Part shown: one piece after another, positions 47,658 to 60,060 of the stretch
How the letters are laid out: every line of letters starts with the position of its first letter
How positions within the stretch are numbered: the first letter of the stretch is position 1
Origin: Scyliorhinus canicula
Lineage: Eukaryota
Length of the DNA stretch: 64,000 bases
Direction of reading: 5' to 3'
Assembly: GCF_902713615.1 (NCBI RefSeq)
Contig: NC_052172.1
Location: 434,001 to 498,000 of the forward strand
The notes under the pieces: model-generated
Seen by the model: only the letters and a program-made list of their open reading frames with translations
Database searches by the model: none
What the model was told of the DNA's origin: nothing
Program-made: the position numbers and the translations under genes

Positions 47658-48035
47658 ATGGTTGATGACAAAAAAGCTCCAGCTCCCAAGAAGGGCGCTA
47701 AGAAAACCCAGAAGAAAATCCCAGTAAAGGGCGGCAAGAAGCGGCGAAGGTCGAGGAAGGAGAGTTACTCCATCTACATCTACAAAGTGATGAAGCAGGT
47801 TCACCCCGATACCGGCATCTCCTCCAAGGCCATGAGCATCATGAACTCGTTCGTCAGCGATATTTTCGAGCGTATCGCGGGTGAGGCTTCCCGCCTGGCC
47901 CATTACAACAAGCGCAGCACCATCAGCTCCCGGGAGATCCAGACCGCCGTGCGCCTGCTGCTGCCCGGGGAACTGGCCAAGCACGCCGTGTCGGAAGGGA
48001 CAAAGGCGGTCACCAAGTACACCAGCTCCAAGTAA
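47658..48035 (+). CDS. H2B: Histone H2B, replication-dependent, 125 aa
   Basis: [13 protein letters not shown]...[27 protein letters not shown]...AVTKYTSSK; Kozak CACCATGG; intronless. Confidence 0.99.
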   Translation: MVDDKKAPAPKKGAKKTQKKIPVKGGKKRRRSRKESYSIYIYKVMKQVHPDTGISSKAMSIMNSFVSDIFERIAGEASRLAHYNKRSTISSREIQTAVRLLLPGELAKHAVSEGTKAVTKYTSSK

Positions 48036-48072
48036 AACTGCACAATGGACTGAAAACCACCCCAAACACAAC

Positions 48073-48088
48073 GGCTCTTTTAAGAGCC
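48073..48088 (+). terminator. Histone 3' stem-loop (H2B)
   Basis: GGCTCTTTTAAGAGCC followed by ACCCA. Confidence 0.97.
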
Positions 48089-48977
48089 ACCCACAACTTC
48101 TCGAAAACAGCCAAACCATCATACTTTAAACTATTTACTTTATTTCGATTATGAATAGCTAAGTCCGTTCAAATAGGATTTTCCAGGAACAGTTATCGCC
48201 CGGTGGATCTTCGTGCCTTGATAAGTCCCATCATTTAATGACCGCTCGGTGACACTGTCTTTGGTTTCTGACTTGTTCCCATTCGGTCCCTGTCGCTAGC
48301 TTTGGAGAGAGAATAGAACTCCAAAACCTCCCTTTCAATTTGTGTTCAGAGTTCGAAAAAATCTCCCTTCTGATTTACATTAAGAGCACATTAGTGTTGT
48401 GGGAAAACTCCATTTCAATACTGACACTAGCTCCAAACTGCTCACTCCACTTTTAGCACTAGTCTACAATATGGATCTTTTTTATAATACTTGCAGCTGG
48501 CTGTAAATTAAACATTCTGTCTGCGGCTGAGAGCGTTTTAAACAGCAGCTAGATTAAACTCGATTCGAATTCTAATTGTAAAAATCTCTGGGAACAGATT
48601 CGGATTTAAATCCGAAACTAAATTCTGCAAATCCGAAACGTTTCCACGGATACTCAGACATGCTGCGTCTCTCCAGCATTTTCTCTTCAATTCACATTTG
48701 CAGCATCCGCATTATTTGCTTTAATTGATTTTGGGTTCGTCAGTTACAAAGAAATCCCCAAATCCGAAACTGACAAATACAGGGAAACTGTAAACTCGTC
48801 AAAGAGAGAGAATCCAACAATCCTGTACTCAAAACTAAATGATTGTCACATTTTTTTCGGTCCCTGTTCAATTTTCTGTTTTATCTTTTCGCGCTCTTTT
48901 ATGCTTTGAAATAAATATTCGGTTGGAATCTGAACATTTGGCGCCCAAACTTTCCGCCCTCAGCACCAGTGGATTCT

Positions 48978-49094
48978 CCTGATTGGTGCTTCAAACAGAT
49001 ATCTGATTGGTCACTTTGTTGCCGGCTCCACAATGTTGTTCAGATAACCAATCAGCAATGTGTGCACCGCCATTCCTCCTGAAGCTATAAGAGA
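48978..49094 (+). promoter_or_regulatory. H2A promoter
   Basis: GATTGG x2, CCAATC, TATAAGA at ~49087. Confidence 0.7.
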
Positions 49095-49105
49095 AGTGAA
49101 TGTGA

Positions 49106-49537
<432 letters not shown>

Positions 49538-49567
49538 AGCGACCATTCTTTAATCTGATAACCCAAA

Positions 49568-49583
49568 GGCTCTTTTCAGAGCC
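49568..49583 (+). terminator. Histone 3' stem-loop (H2A) with downstream purine-rich element
   Basis: GGCTCTTTTCAGAGCC; GAAAAAGAG ~14 nt downstream. Confidence 0.97.
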
Positions 49584-50054
49584 ACTCACTTTGTCTGAAA
49601 AAGAGCGAATTATTTTCTGTCATTCGAAATTCAGCTATTTAACGTGTAGATGTTCCACCAATAATTATCTCGGTGGGTTATTATTTGAGACTTCTTACTC
49701 GGAGCCTCATATTAAAATCAATTATCCTTCAGAGATAAGGAGACCAGAAACTACACTGCAATGAAGAGTAAATTGAAAACTTGAGAGACGAAGCGGAGGT
49801 CGCAGCTTTTATTTGTCAATTTAGCGACCCTTATCCAGCACTGGGACGGGAAGAATCTAATAATCTAAAGTCTCTTTCAGAGCCACCCGCTCCCTCCGTA
49901 AAAGGGTGACCGGTTGTCCCTTCACTCACTTAGGGATGTGAGAATGTCACTAAAGCTTCCGAATGCAATGAGACACTGCCGCTGTGTATATACGAACTGA
50001 CCACATCTCAACTGAGGGATTGGGTGTTGAAGCTCTTTTCCTGACCGACTTGGT

Positions 50055-50070
50055 GGCTCTTAAAAGAGCC
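50055..50070 (-). terminator. Histone 3' stem-loop (H3)
   Basis: GGCTCTTTTAAGAGCC on the - strand, then ACCAA and GGAAAAGAG. Confidence 0.97.
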
Positions 50071-50099
50071 TTTGTTGTTATTATTGGTGAAGCCGGGTT

Positions 50100-50567
<468 letters not shown>

Positions 50568-52050
50568 CTATTTAAGGCATTATAGTGACCGCCCTCTTCT
50601 CCTCATTGGATGCAGCCCGATCCCGTGGACAAGTTTGAAAAGAGCGATGGGCGGCAAGGATATCAGGGCCCTGATTGGTGAACCTGCAACTGACAAACCA
50701 TCAATTTCAAAAAGCCCGCCAATTTCACAGGGACAAGGAAGGGATATTTGCGAAAATCAAAAAAAATCAATCTCGAGTTGTGAACATCAAAAACATCTCA
50801 ATGATTCCTGTTCCCATTTTGTCTCAGATTCGACTCAATGCCTGAGCACCCGGATTAAATTCACATTCACTCCCTGATTGTTCTACAACAGACTGGGATA
50901 AAGCTCCTATTGACGGGCGGAATTCAGTCTCATTTTATTCTGATCAGAGATATCAGTTCCTTCATTGCAAAAAGCGATGGATATTACAGGTAAAATTGAC
51001 TGATTCGTTTAGGGAATGTTCGGGGGGAGGAGGCGGTGATTCCAAATCAGTTATGTAAACCGTGTTTCTGATCAAATTCTGACGCTGAACATTCATGTCC
51101 GAAAGTAGGTTAATAACATCCGGCATGTCCAATTTCACAGGGACAAGTAACGGATATCTGAGAAAATCAATCCCTAATTGGAGACATCAAAAACTTCTCA
51201 ATGATTCCTGGTCCCTTTTTCACCTCAGATTCGACTCAACCAATGCCGTTAGATTAATAAAACCGTGCAGGTATTCATTCTGGCTCTCATTACAATGTCA
51301 GTGTTCACTCCGTGTGGTTACAGGTTTGACTTTGGAGAAAGGTTTTGTGTTTCAGACTCTACAGCACATCAATGTCGCCTTTTAATATGAAAAGAGAAAT
51401 CAATGATAGGAAAGTATTAGCTGTTATAACACGACAAACTTTAACATAAAATCGTCGTGTCTCAATTATGACGCGTTAAACCAAGTCAATACATTCCTTT
51501 ATTATCCATTCGGCCCCGACCTGACTAAGATAGGGAGAGAGAGGCGGGGAGCAGATTGAGTGACAGACAGAGCAGTGAAATGTCTTTGATCATCCAGCTC
51601 CTCCTCCTGCCTGCTCCAACCCACATTTTATATTCCAAGCAGAAGTGAAAAGAGCGCGTTGAACAAAACGTACAAACTGCAACATCATATAGCAGCTAGT
51701 TAGAAACGCGGATCTATTAAATCCAGGCAGGTCAGTAATATTCCCGCCTCAGTCCACTCCTTTCTAGAACCAGCCCAACTATCTGCTTTCATTTCAACCC
51801 CAGCTCCGATTCCATCCCCACACAACTCCTCTCCCAGACGGGTTGGGAATTCCACTAACATCCCTTCCCGGTTAGGAAGATGCAGCAACTTCCCTGTGTT
51901 TTAGTGCAGAGTGGGGGGAGAAGCCCGGTGCAGAGCATGTCAGCGAGTGAGCGGCAATACTGGATTGACATTTCTATCTGAAATCTGCTCCCAGCACCGG
52001 GACAGGGATTCATTGGTCGGGGGATCAGCTCTTTCCGGAGAGATGTGGGT

Positions 52051-52066
52051 GGCTCTGAGAAGAGCC
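52051..52066 (-). terminator. Histone 3' stem-loop (H1)
   Basis: GGCTCTTCTCAGAGCC-ACCCA on the - strand, then GGAAAGAG. Confidence 0.95.
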
Positions 52067-52102
52067 TTTGGGTTCAGAGGTTTACAATTTGCTCGCGTTC
52101 TT

Positions 52103-52657
52103 TCACTTCTTAGCCTTTAATGATTTCACTTTGGGCTTGGCCCTCGATTTGGTCTGCTTTATTCCGCCCGTGGTCTTTTTCACAGGAGAACTTTTCTTCG
52201 GAGCTGCTTTCTTCGCCCTCTTTTTGGGAGCTGCCGCCTTCTTGGCTGCTGGTTTCTTGGGAGATTTCTTGGCTGCTGGTGTATTCACTGAAGGTTTCTT
52301 GGCTGCTGGTTTCTTGGCTACTCCGGTGTTTATCACTTTCCCCCCCGGTTGTCTTCTTAACGATCTTGAAGGAGCCGGAGGCGCCCGTGCCCTTGACCTG
52401 AGCCAAGCTGCCGTTGTCCACACTCCTCTTGACACTTTGCTTGATCTGGGACCCCCGTTTATCCACATCGACCCCTTTGCTCCGCAGCTGCTTCTTTATG
52501 GCCTGCGATCGCCGCTATCCGCCACAATCTTGTGGATCAGCTCGGCCAGCCCGGGACCTTCTAGTTTCTTCCGGAGAACCGCCTTCTTCTGCTTCTTGAC
52601 AGCCTTGACTGGGACGTCGGCTGGAGGAGCCGTTTCGGCGGCTGCACTTTCGCTCAT
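52103..52657 (-). pseudogene. H1: Histone H1, frameshifted
   Basis: MSESAAAETAPPA...DSGDRR, then early TAA (52498-52496); globular domain (AIKKQL...KGTGASGSFK) in a second frame; Lys/Ala/Pro tail after another shift at a G7 run (52340-52346). Confidence 0.88.
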
Positions 52658-52733
52658 GTCCGGGATTCTGCACAAAATATCTCCCTCAATGTGAAGTGGG
52701 TGAGAAATGAAGCCTCTGGTGGCGGCACTGAGC

Positions 52734-52812
52734 AACTTAAAGGCAGCGAGCGGACGGGGCGGAGACAACCTGCTCTCAGCTCCAGGCTGCTGCTGCTGCC
52801 TCTGTGTTTTTC
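52734..52812 (-). promoter_or_regulatory. H1 promoter: H1 box AAACACA, GC box, TTTAA
   Basis: AAACACA at 52809-52803; CTCCGCCCC and CGTCCGC at 52750-52764. Confidence 0.7.
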
Positions 52813-53639
52813 TCTGGTCCCAAACTATCCAATTCCACTCAAATTCCAGCTCCACAGTGTCCCAGGATAAATCCTTCCTGTCTCTCACACTCTAATGTTT
52901 GCTGTAGGAAAGGTTTCACGCGATTTGAATGCTCCTTTTCGGATTTAAACCCGTTTTACTGATGCACTGTTCGCGCTCTCTCACCCGATCGCTCTCATTT
53001 TCCCAACCTTTCCGCTGAAATCTGGAAAGCAGCATCGAAACTGCACTGAAATCCAACTTGGGAAAGTAGGAGGGGATCAGGGGGATTGATTAAATGAACA
53101 ATATTTCCATTTTGTCCCAGAGGGATTGGGTGATCTGCTGATCAGAGCAGACACACAAACACAGTTGGTTTCTCCTGTTTGGCCCGCCCCTTTCACTCTC
53201 TCTTCCACAATATTCACATCCACACACAAGGTTTGGAAATTACATTTCCCAGGGCAGAATGCTCCCTCTTCTCAACACTTGTTTCCAAATCGGTGCCTTA
53301 ATTGTAGATTTTCACCTCACTTACTGATCAACTGAGTTTTCTGCTCCATATCTTCTATTTCCCTAAATACCCGGCAGCAGCCAGTCATATTTTTAAATCT
53401 AAACTCATTGATGAAACATTTTAGTTGAATGTGGAAATACAATTGATCTCCTCTCCAACAGTGGAGATTTTCCTGTTTGATGTGATCCTCCTGCACTGCC
53501 GGTAACACTCAACCCCAAATTCAGCAAGCAGCGACACCCCCCCCCCCCCCCCCCCCTCTGAGAGTGGAGATTTTAACAGTGACACACAGATTCTGACCAT
53601 TCTGATCCGAACAGCAAATTTCAAAAACAAAGATGGACT

Positions 53640-55088
53640 CAAAGAGGGAACGTGTAAACCAGGAGAACGAGTAAACTAGTGGGGAGTGTAAACCAGGGAC
53701 AATAATAAATGAGGGGAGTGTGTTAACCAGAGAAATGTGTAAAATCAGTAGAAGATGCATAATCAAAGATAATTTAATTACAGAATAGTGTGTGAAACCT
53801 GGTGATTGTGTAAAATGAGCGGAGTGTACTAAACTTGGGATTGTATGGAACTAAAGTAGCCAGTAACACCGGGAAGTGATTGAACCGGGAGAGTGAGTGA
53901 ACCGGGAGAGTGAGTGAACCGGGAGAGTGAGAGAACCGGGGGAGTTTGTGAACCGGGAGAGTGAGTGAACCGGGAGAGTGAGAGAACCGGGAGAGTGAGA
54001 GAACCGGGGAAGTGAGTGAACCGGTGGAGAGAGTGAACCGGGGGAGAGAGTGAATGGGGGGAGAGTGAGTGAACCGGGAGAGTGAGTGAACTGGGGGACT
54101 GAGTGAACCGGGGGAGGGAGTGAACCGGGAGAGGGAGTGAACCGGGGGAGTGAGTGAACCAGGAGAGGGAGTGAACCGGGGGAGTGAGTGAACCGGGGGA
54201 GTGAGATAACCGGGGAGTGAGTGAACCGGGGAGTGAGTGAACCGGGGGAGGGAGTGAACCGGGGAGAGAGTGAATGGGGGGAGAGTGAGTGAACCGGGAG
54301 AGTGAGTGAACTGGGGGACTGAGTGAACCGGGGGAGGGAGTGAACCGGGAGAGGGAGTGAACCGGGGGAGTGAGTGAACCAGGAGAGGGAGTGAACCAGG
54401 GGAGTGAGTGAACCGGGGGAGTGAGATAACCGGGGAGTGAGTGAACCGGGGAGTGAGTGAACCGGGGGAGGGAGTGAACCGGGGGAGAGAGTGAATGGGG
54501 GGAGAGTGAGTGAACCGGGAGAGTGAGTGAACCGGGGGACTGAGTGAACCGGGGGAGGGAGTGAACCGGGAGAGGGAGTGAACCGGGGGAGTGAGTGAAC
54601 CAGGAGAGGGAGTGAACCGGGGGAGTGAGTGAACCGGGGGAGTGAGATAACCGGGGAGTGAGTGAACCGGGGGAGGGAGTGAACTGGGAGAGGGAGTGAA
54701 CCGGGAGAGGGAGAGAACCGGGGGAGTGAGTGAACCAGGGGAGTGAGGGAACCGGGAGAAGGAGTGAACCGGGAGAGGGAGTGAGTGAACCGGGAGTGTG
54801 AGGGAACCGGGAGTGTGAGGGAACTGGGAGAGTGAGGGAACCGGTGGAGGGACTGAACCGGTGGAGTGAGAGAACCGGGGGAGGGCGTGAACCGGGGGAG
54901 TGAGAGAACTGGGGGAGTGAGTGAACCGGGGGAGTGAGAGAACTGGGTGAGTGAGTGAACCGTGGGAGTGAGAGAACCGGGTGGAGTGAGTGAACCGGGG
55001 GAGGGAGAGAACCGGGGGGAGTGAGTGAACTGGAGGAGGGAGTGAACCGGGGGAAGTGAGAGAACCGGGGGGAGTGAGTAAACCTGGA
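53640..55088 (+). repeat. 17-bp minisatellite GAGTGAGTGAACCGGGG (homogeneous 53865-55088; degenerate before)
   Basis: About 70 visible tandem units; ORFs 53774..55243 and 53851..55092 are repeat translations. Confidence 0.95.
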
Positions 55089-55091
55089 ACA

Positions 55092-55426
55092 TGGCGGAAC
55101 ATGGTTAGCACTGCTGCCTCACTGTGCCAGGGACCCGGGTTCAATTCCAGAGTTGGGTGACTGCCTGTGTGGGGGTTTGGACCTTCTCCCCGTGTGTGTG
55201 GGTGGGTTCCCCCCGGGTGCTCAGATTTCCTCCCACTGGCCAAAGATCTGCAGTTAGGTGGATTGGCAATGCTGAATTACCGCTTCGTATCCAAGGATGT
55301 TTTGGTTCAGTGGGGTCACGGGTTTATGGGGATAGGACGGGTGCGCCAAGGTGGGATGCTCTTTCCGAGGGACAGTGATGGGCCGAATTGCCTTCTTCTG
55401 CCCTGCAGTAATTCTCGGCTTCTATG
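55092..55426 (+). mobile_element. Diverged HE1-like tRNA SINE
   Basis: TGGTTAGCACTGCTGCCTCAC...GGGTTCAATTCC...GATGGGCCGAATTGCCTTCTTCTG. Confidence 0.85.
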
Positions 55427-55452
55427 GAAAATTAAGTTAGTCAGTGAATTGT

Positions 55453-55800
55453 TAGTTTGCAGAAAGTGTGAGTTTGAGGGGCTGAATGACAGTGTAATAA
55501 CAAACAAGCTGCAGGCAATGGCTGCAAATTGAATATCTCATTGGGACAAACACACAGCTACAAAGGTGATTGGTTGAGCCCTGGGGCGCAGGGTCACTTG
55601 CACCCACCCACACACTGTCCCCTCCCAACACGGGCTCTATCGGAGGTTTTGCTCCAAATGTGATGACAGTGAAATGGGGAATATTCCCATTGATTCTCAA
55701 TGCGGAATTGCTGCGCGGATCTGCGCATGCTCGGGGTAACCCCGCACCCTGTTTGGCGTCACTCTGAGATGAAGCGCGCATGCGCATCCCCTCCCCCACA
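55453..55800 (+). promoter_or_regulatory. Third paralogue of the promoter module, uninterrupted, opposite orientation
   Basis: Reverse complement of 14090-14443; ATTGG x2, GGAATATTCCcattgATTCT (55678-55697), GCGCATGC and GCGCGCATGCGC. Confidence 0.65.
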
Positions 55801-55865
55801 CACTCTCCATTTGCTCAGTCAGTGGAGACGCTTTGTTCAAACTGAGTGAAATGTCAGGGCCCAGG

Positions 55866-56271
55866 TCAGCGAGGAAACAGCGTTCTCATTGCAGCAGCAC
55901 ATCCATTTGGGAGTGTGAGCAAAGAGGCTCAGAGATCATTACTGACTCGGGGGGAGTTCAGGGAGAATCGGGGGCTGTTTGCAAGAGGCGCAGCGGGAGC
56001 CCCATCTTGTTCCGGGACTTGGAGTGAGCGGGGGGAAGGGAGAGCTCTTTCTGGGCCTGGCTTATTGTCTGATTCTGGGGCAGGATTTGGAGGGTATTTT
56101 CTATTTTTACTGATTATCAGTTGAAAGAATTGTTTAATTTATCATTGACCTCATCTGACCCTGATTTACAAGAAATATTTTTCTTCCCCACGTTCATCAG
56201 ATGAAGAAATGAGTTCCAAGATGATGATTCCTCAGCAACATGAATGTGCAGCCGTCTCCTTCTAACTGACA
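55866..56271 (+). other. Paralogue of gene B 5' exons (exon 1 ends 56023; exon 2 56121-56271)
   Basis: GGA|GTGAGC, TACTGATTATCAG|, ACA|GTAAGT. Confidence 0.55.
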
Positions 56272-56456
56272 GTAAGTACAATATTAATCCAACATTGCAG
56301 AGACACAGACACAACATCAGCTCCACCGTCACAGGGAACAGAAGCAGTCACGCTCACATAGAGTTCAAGTCCCAGATAAACATGTCCAATCCAACAGTGA
56401 TACACGAGAAGGGAGGTGGGATAATTTTCCACAATTCACCCCTAGTCCATGAACTT

Positions 56457-56773
56457 TGAGCACACAGTGCAGAAAGAGGCCATTTGGCCCATCGAGTCTG
56501 CACCAACCCACTTAAGCCCTCACTTCCACCCTATCCCCGTAACCCAATAACCCCACCTAACCTTTTTTGCTCACTAAGGGCAATTTATCATGGCCAAACC
56601 ACCTAACCTTCATGTCTTTAGACTGTGGGAGAAAAGCGGTGCACCCGGAGGATACCCACGCAAACACGGGGAGAACGTGCAGACTCCACACAGAGTGTCC
56701 CAGTGGGTAATCCAACCTGGGACCCTGGCGCTGTGAAGCCACAGTGCTATCCACTTGTGCTACCTTGCTGCCC
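56457..56773 (-). mobile_element. HE1-like SINE in intron 2 of the gene B paralogue
   Basis: Full head-core-tail; absent at the homologous site (~17040) of the other paralogue. Confidence 0.85.
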
Positions 56774-57245
56774 TATCATGGAACGTCGAATCAACTTGTT
56801 TTGATAACAGCTTTTCATCTGTAAATTAATCAGGAAAGTATTAATTAGGCTATAGATTGAGCAATCAATGTGGAAGTACCCATTTGCACTTTTTTGAAAC
56901 TTTGTTGGATTAAAATGTATCAGAAGCACTTTAATCTCACAAGTTGTGAACCGTCGGCACATGTAAAAAGTCAGATAGTACAGCTGATTGAAAAACACAG
57001 AATTAATCCTAAATTTGTACTGAGACAAGTCCAAAATAAAATATTGGGGGAATGTCCAATTCACATAACAAGCATGTCTTTCGGGACTTCTGGAAGGAAA
57101 CTGGAGCATGAGGAGGAAACCCATGGAGACACGGGGAAAATGTGCAGACTCTGCAGAGGCAGCGACCAAGTGGGAAACGAATCTTGGACCGTGGCGCTGT
57201 GAACCTCTCCCCTGATATACACAATGCCCTGTTACAAACTGTTTT

Positions 57246-57785
57246 TTCACACTCCCCTGGTTTGCATGCTGACTTGGTTTCACACTCCCCTGGTTTGCAT
57301 GCTGACTTGGTTTCACACTGCCCTGGTTTGCATGCTGACTTGGTTTCACACTCCCCTGGTTTGCATGCTGACTTGGTTTCACACTCCCCTGGTTTGCATG
57401 CTGACTTGGTTTCACACTCCCCTGGTTTGCATGCTGACTTGGTTTCACACTCCCCTGGTTTGCATGCTGACTTGGTTTCACACTGCCCTGGTTTGCATGC
57501 TGACTTGGTTTCACACTCCTCTGGTTTGCATGCTGACTTGGTTTCACACTGCCCTGGTTTGCATGCTGACTTGGTTTCACACTCCCCTGGTTTGCATGCT
57601 GACTTGGTTTCACACTCCCTGGTTTGCATGCTGACTTGGTTTCACACTCCCCTGGTTTGCATGCTGACTTGGTTTCACACTGCCCTGGTTTGCATGCTGA
57701 CTTGGTTTCACACTCCCCTGGTTTGCATGCTGACTTGGTTTCACACTCGCCTGGTTTGCATGCTGACTTGGTTACACACTCGCCT
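57246..57785 (+). repeat. 33-bp minisatellite TTCACACTCCCCTGGTTTGCATGCTGACTTGGT (~16 copies), followed by degenerate 17-mers to ~58320
   Basis: Directly visible; 11-aa periodicity in the ORF track. Confidence 0.95.
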
Positions 57786-59127
57786 GCTTTGAACTCTCAA
57801 CTGATGTACACACTCCCCAATTTACACACGCTCTTGTTGTGCATCTTTCCCTGGTTCCATACACTCCCCTGGTTCAGATAACTCCCCTAATTTACACATT
57901 CCCCTAGTTTGCACATTCGCCTGGTTTGCACATTCCCCTGCTTCACACACTCCCCTGCATTATACGCACTCCCCTGCTTTCTACACTCCCGTTTTGCACA
58001 CTCCCCTGCGTGATGCACTCCCCTGCGTGATGCACTCCCCTGCGTGATACACCCCCCTGCTTAATGCAGTCCCCTGGTTTACACATCCCCCTGCTGTATA
58101 AACTCCCATACTTCATACATCTTCCTGCTTTACAAATCCTCCTGCTTCATACATCCCCCTTACTTTATACATCCTGCTGCTTAATACACCCCCTGCTTTA
58201 TACACTCCTCTGCTTGATACACTCCCCTGGTTTACACATCACCCTGCTCTATGCACTGCCATGCTTCATACATCCCCATGCTTCACAGGTCCCCCTGCTT
58301 TATGTACTCCCCTGGACTTTGTTTTCGGCCTGCATGGAGCTTATACTCTCCAGATTCTCTCTCAGTTCTAGCAGTGCTCCCCGGCCCCGTTTCCTGTCCT
58401 ACCCCAGAACTGGCAAGTCCAGTCCATCGAGGAATAGCTTCATCCACGAGTCCCCCGAGTTTGCACTGAGTGCTGAATTTGGTGCATTTGAGTGCTATAG
58501 TGAGAGTTTGGTGACTGAGGGAGTATAAGTGTTCATTTTTATCTAAAGTCTAGTCTTTCTTTTAGTTAGTTAATTAACTTAAAAGTTGCTGTTTGGTTAA
58601 GAAGAAGGTGAATTTTCAATCAGCTTTAAACAAGGTTCAACTTGTAGGTACTTGCAGCTGGAGCTTGTTAATTAGTTAATTGGATAAGGCCAGTTTTCAG
58701 AGGCTAGATTCACAGTATAAAAAGGATCCAGCTACAGTGCAGACTTTGTTTGCACTGAGTGTAAACGTGGTGCATTTGAGTGCAATAGTGAAAGTTTGGT
58801 GACTGAGGGAGTGCAGAACTTGGTGCATTTGAGTGCTGTAGTGAGAGTTTGGTGACTGAGGGAGTGCTGAACATGGTGCATTTGAGTGCTATAGTGAGAG
58901 TTTGGTGACAGAGGGAGTGCTGAACATGGTGCATTTGAGTGCTATAGTGAGAGTTTGGTGACTGAGGGAGTTAGGTGAGGAGGGAGTACGGTGCTCCTTT
59001 CATTTCATTTCTGCAAAGAGCGAGAAGGGAGCCAGGAGTTCACAGAGTGCAGCTGACTGGGAGCAGAGTCAGAGGGTGGAGGTCCAGTTGATCCACAGGG
59101 CAGCTATATTCTGTAAGGTAAGAGGGG

Positions 59128-60060
59128 ATGGAGGCTACGGCAGTTGCATACTCCTCCTGTAGGATGTGGGTGGTGAGGGATACCACCGGTGTCCCCTCTG
59201 ACTATACCTGCGGGAAGTGCACCCAAGTCCAGCTCCTCGGAGACCGTGTTAGAGAACTAGAGCTGGAGCTGGATGAACTTCGGATCATCCAGGAGGCAGA
59301 GGGGGTAATAGGGAGTTACAGGGAGGTAACCACACCCAAGGTGCAGGACAAGAGTAGCTGGGTTACAGTCAGGGGAAGGAAAACGAAACGGGCAGACAGT
59401 GCAGGGATCCCTCGTGGCCGTTCCCCTGCAAAACAAGTATACTATTTTGGATGCTGTTGGGGGGATGACCTACCGGGGAAGGCCCTAGCGGCCATGTCTC
59501 TGACACTGAGTCTGGCTCTGGGGCTCAGAAGGGAAGTGGGGGAGAATAGAAAAGCAATAGTAATAGGAGAGTCAATGGTTAGGGGAATAGATAGGAAATT
59601 CTGTGGTCGTGAGCGAGACTCCCGGAAGGTATGTTGCCTCCTGGGTGCCAGGGCCAGGGATGTTTCGGATCGTGTCTTCATAATCCTGAAGGGGGAGGGT
59701 GAGCAGCCAGAAGTCATGGTGCACATTGGTACAAACGACATAGGTAGGAAAAGGGGTGTGGAGGTAATAAACAAGTTTAGGGAGTTAGGCTGGAAGTTAA
59801 AAGCCAGGACAGACAGAATTGTCATCACTGGTTTGTTGCCGGTGCCACGTGACAGCGAGGCTAGGAATAGGGAGAGAGTGCAGTTGCACACCTGGCTGCA
59901 GGAATGGTGTAGGAGGGAGGGCTTCAGGTATTTGGATAATTGGAGAGCATTCTGGGGAAGGTGGGACCTGTACAAGCAGGATGGGTTGCATCTGAACCAG
60001 AGGGGCACCAATATCCTGGGAGGGAGGTTTTCTAGTACTCTTCGGAAGGGTTTAAACTAA
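59128..60060 (+). CDS. CR1 ORF1p: zinc-finger/leucine-zipper N-terminus plus SGNH esterase domain (probably decayed)
   Basis: YSSC...CGKC, RVRELELELDEL, IGES (GDS-like), HIGTND, DGLH. The middle segment looks like compensating frameshifts. Confidence 0.8.
   Translation: MEATAVAYSSCRMWVVRDTTGVPSDYTCGKCTQVQLLGDRVRELELELDELRIIQEAEGVIGSYREVTTPKVQDKSSWVTVRGRKTKRADSAGIPRGRSPAKQVYYFGCCWGDDLPGKALAAMSLTLSLALGLRREVGENRKAIVIGESMVRGIDRKFCGRERDSRKVCCLLGARARDVSDRVFIILKGEGEQPEVMVHIGTNDIGRKRGVEVINKFRELGWKLKARTDRIVITGLLPVPRDSEARNRERVQLHTWLQEWCRREGFRYLDNWRAFWGRWDLYKQDGLHLNQRGTNILGGRFSSTLRKGLN

Noticed and set aside
48939-48952. TGGCGCCCAAAC resembling a tRNA-Lys PBS
   Set aside because: No adjoining LTR; lies in the H2A promoter and fits an E2F-type TTTGGCGC site.
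53317-53420. Isolated minus-strand donor GATCA|GTAAGT upstream of H1
   Set aside because: No convincing acceptor, promoter or paralogous support.
53774-55243. 489-aa and 413-aa Pro/Ser/His-rich ORFs
   Set aside because: Translations of the 17-bp array.
57246-57785. CRISPR-like 33-bp repeats
   Set aside because: Head-to-tail with no unique spacers, no cas genes, eukaryotic context.
56747-57881. Cys-rich ECETKSACKPG repeat ORFs (metallothionein/keratin-associated look-alike; similar at 16207-16469)
   Set aside because: Minisatellite open in nearly all frames and running into SINE sequence.
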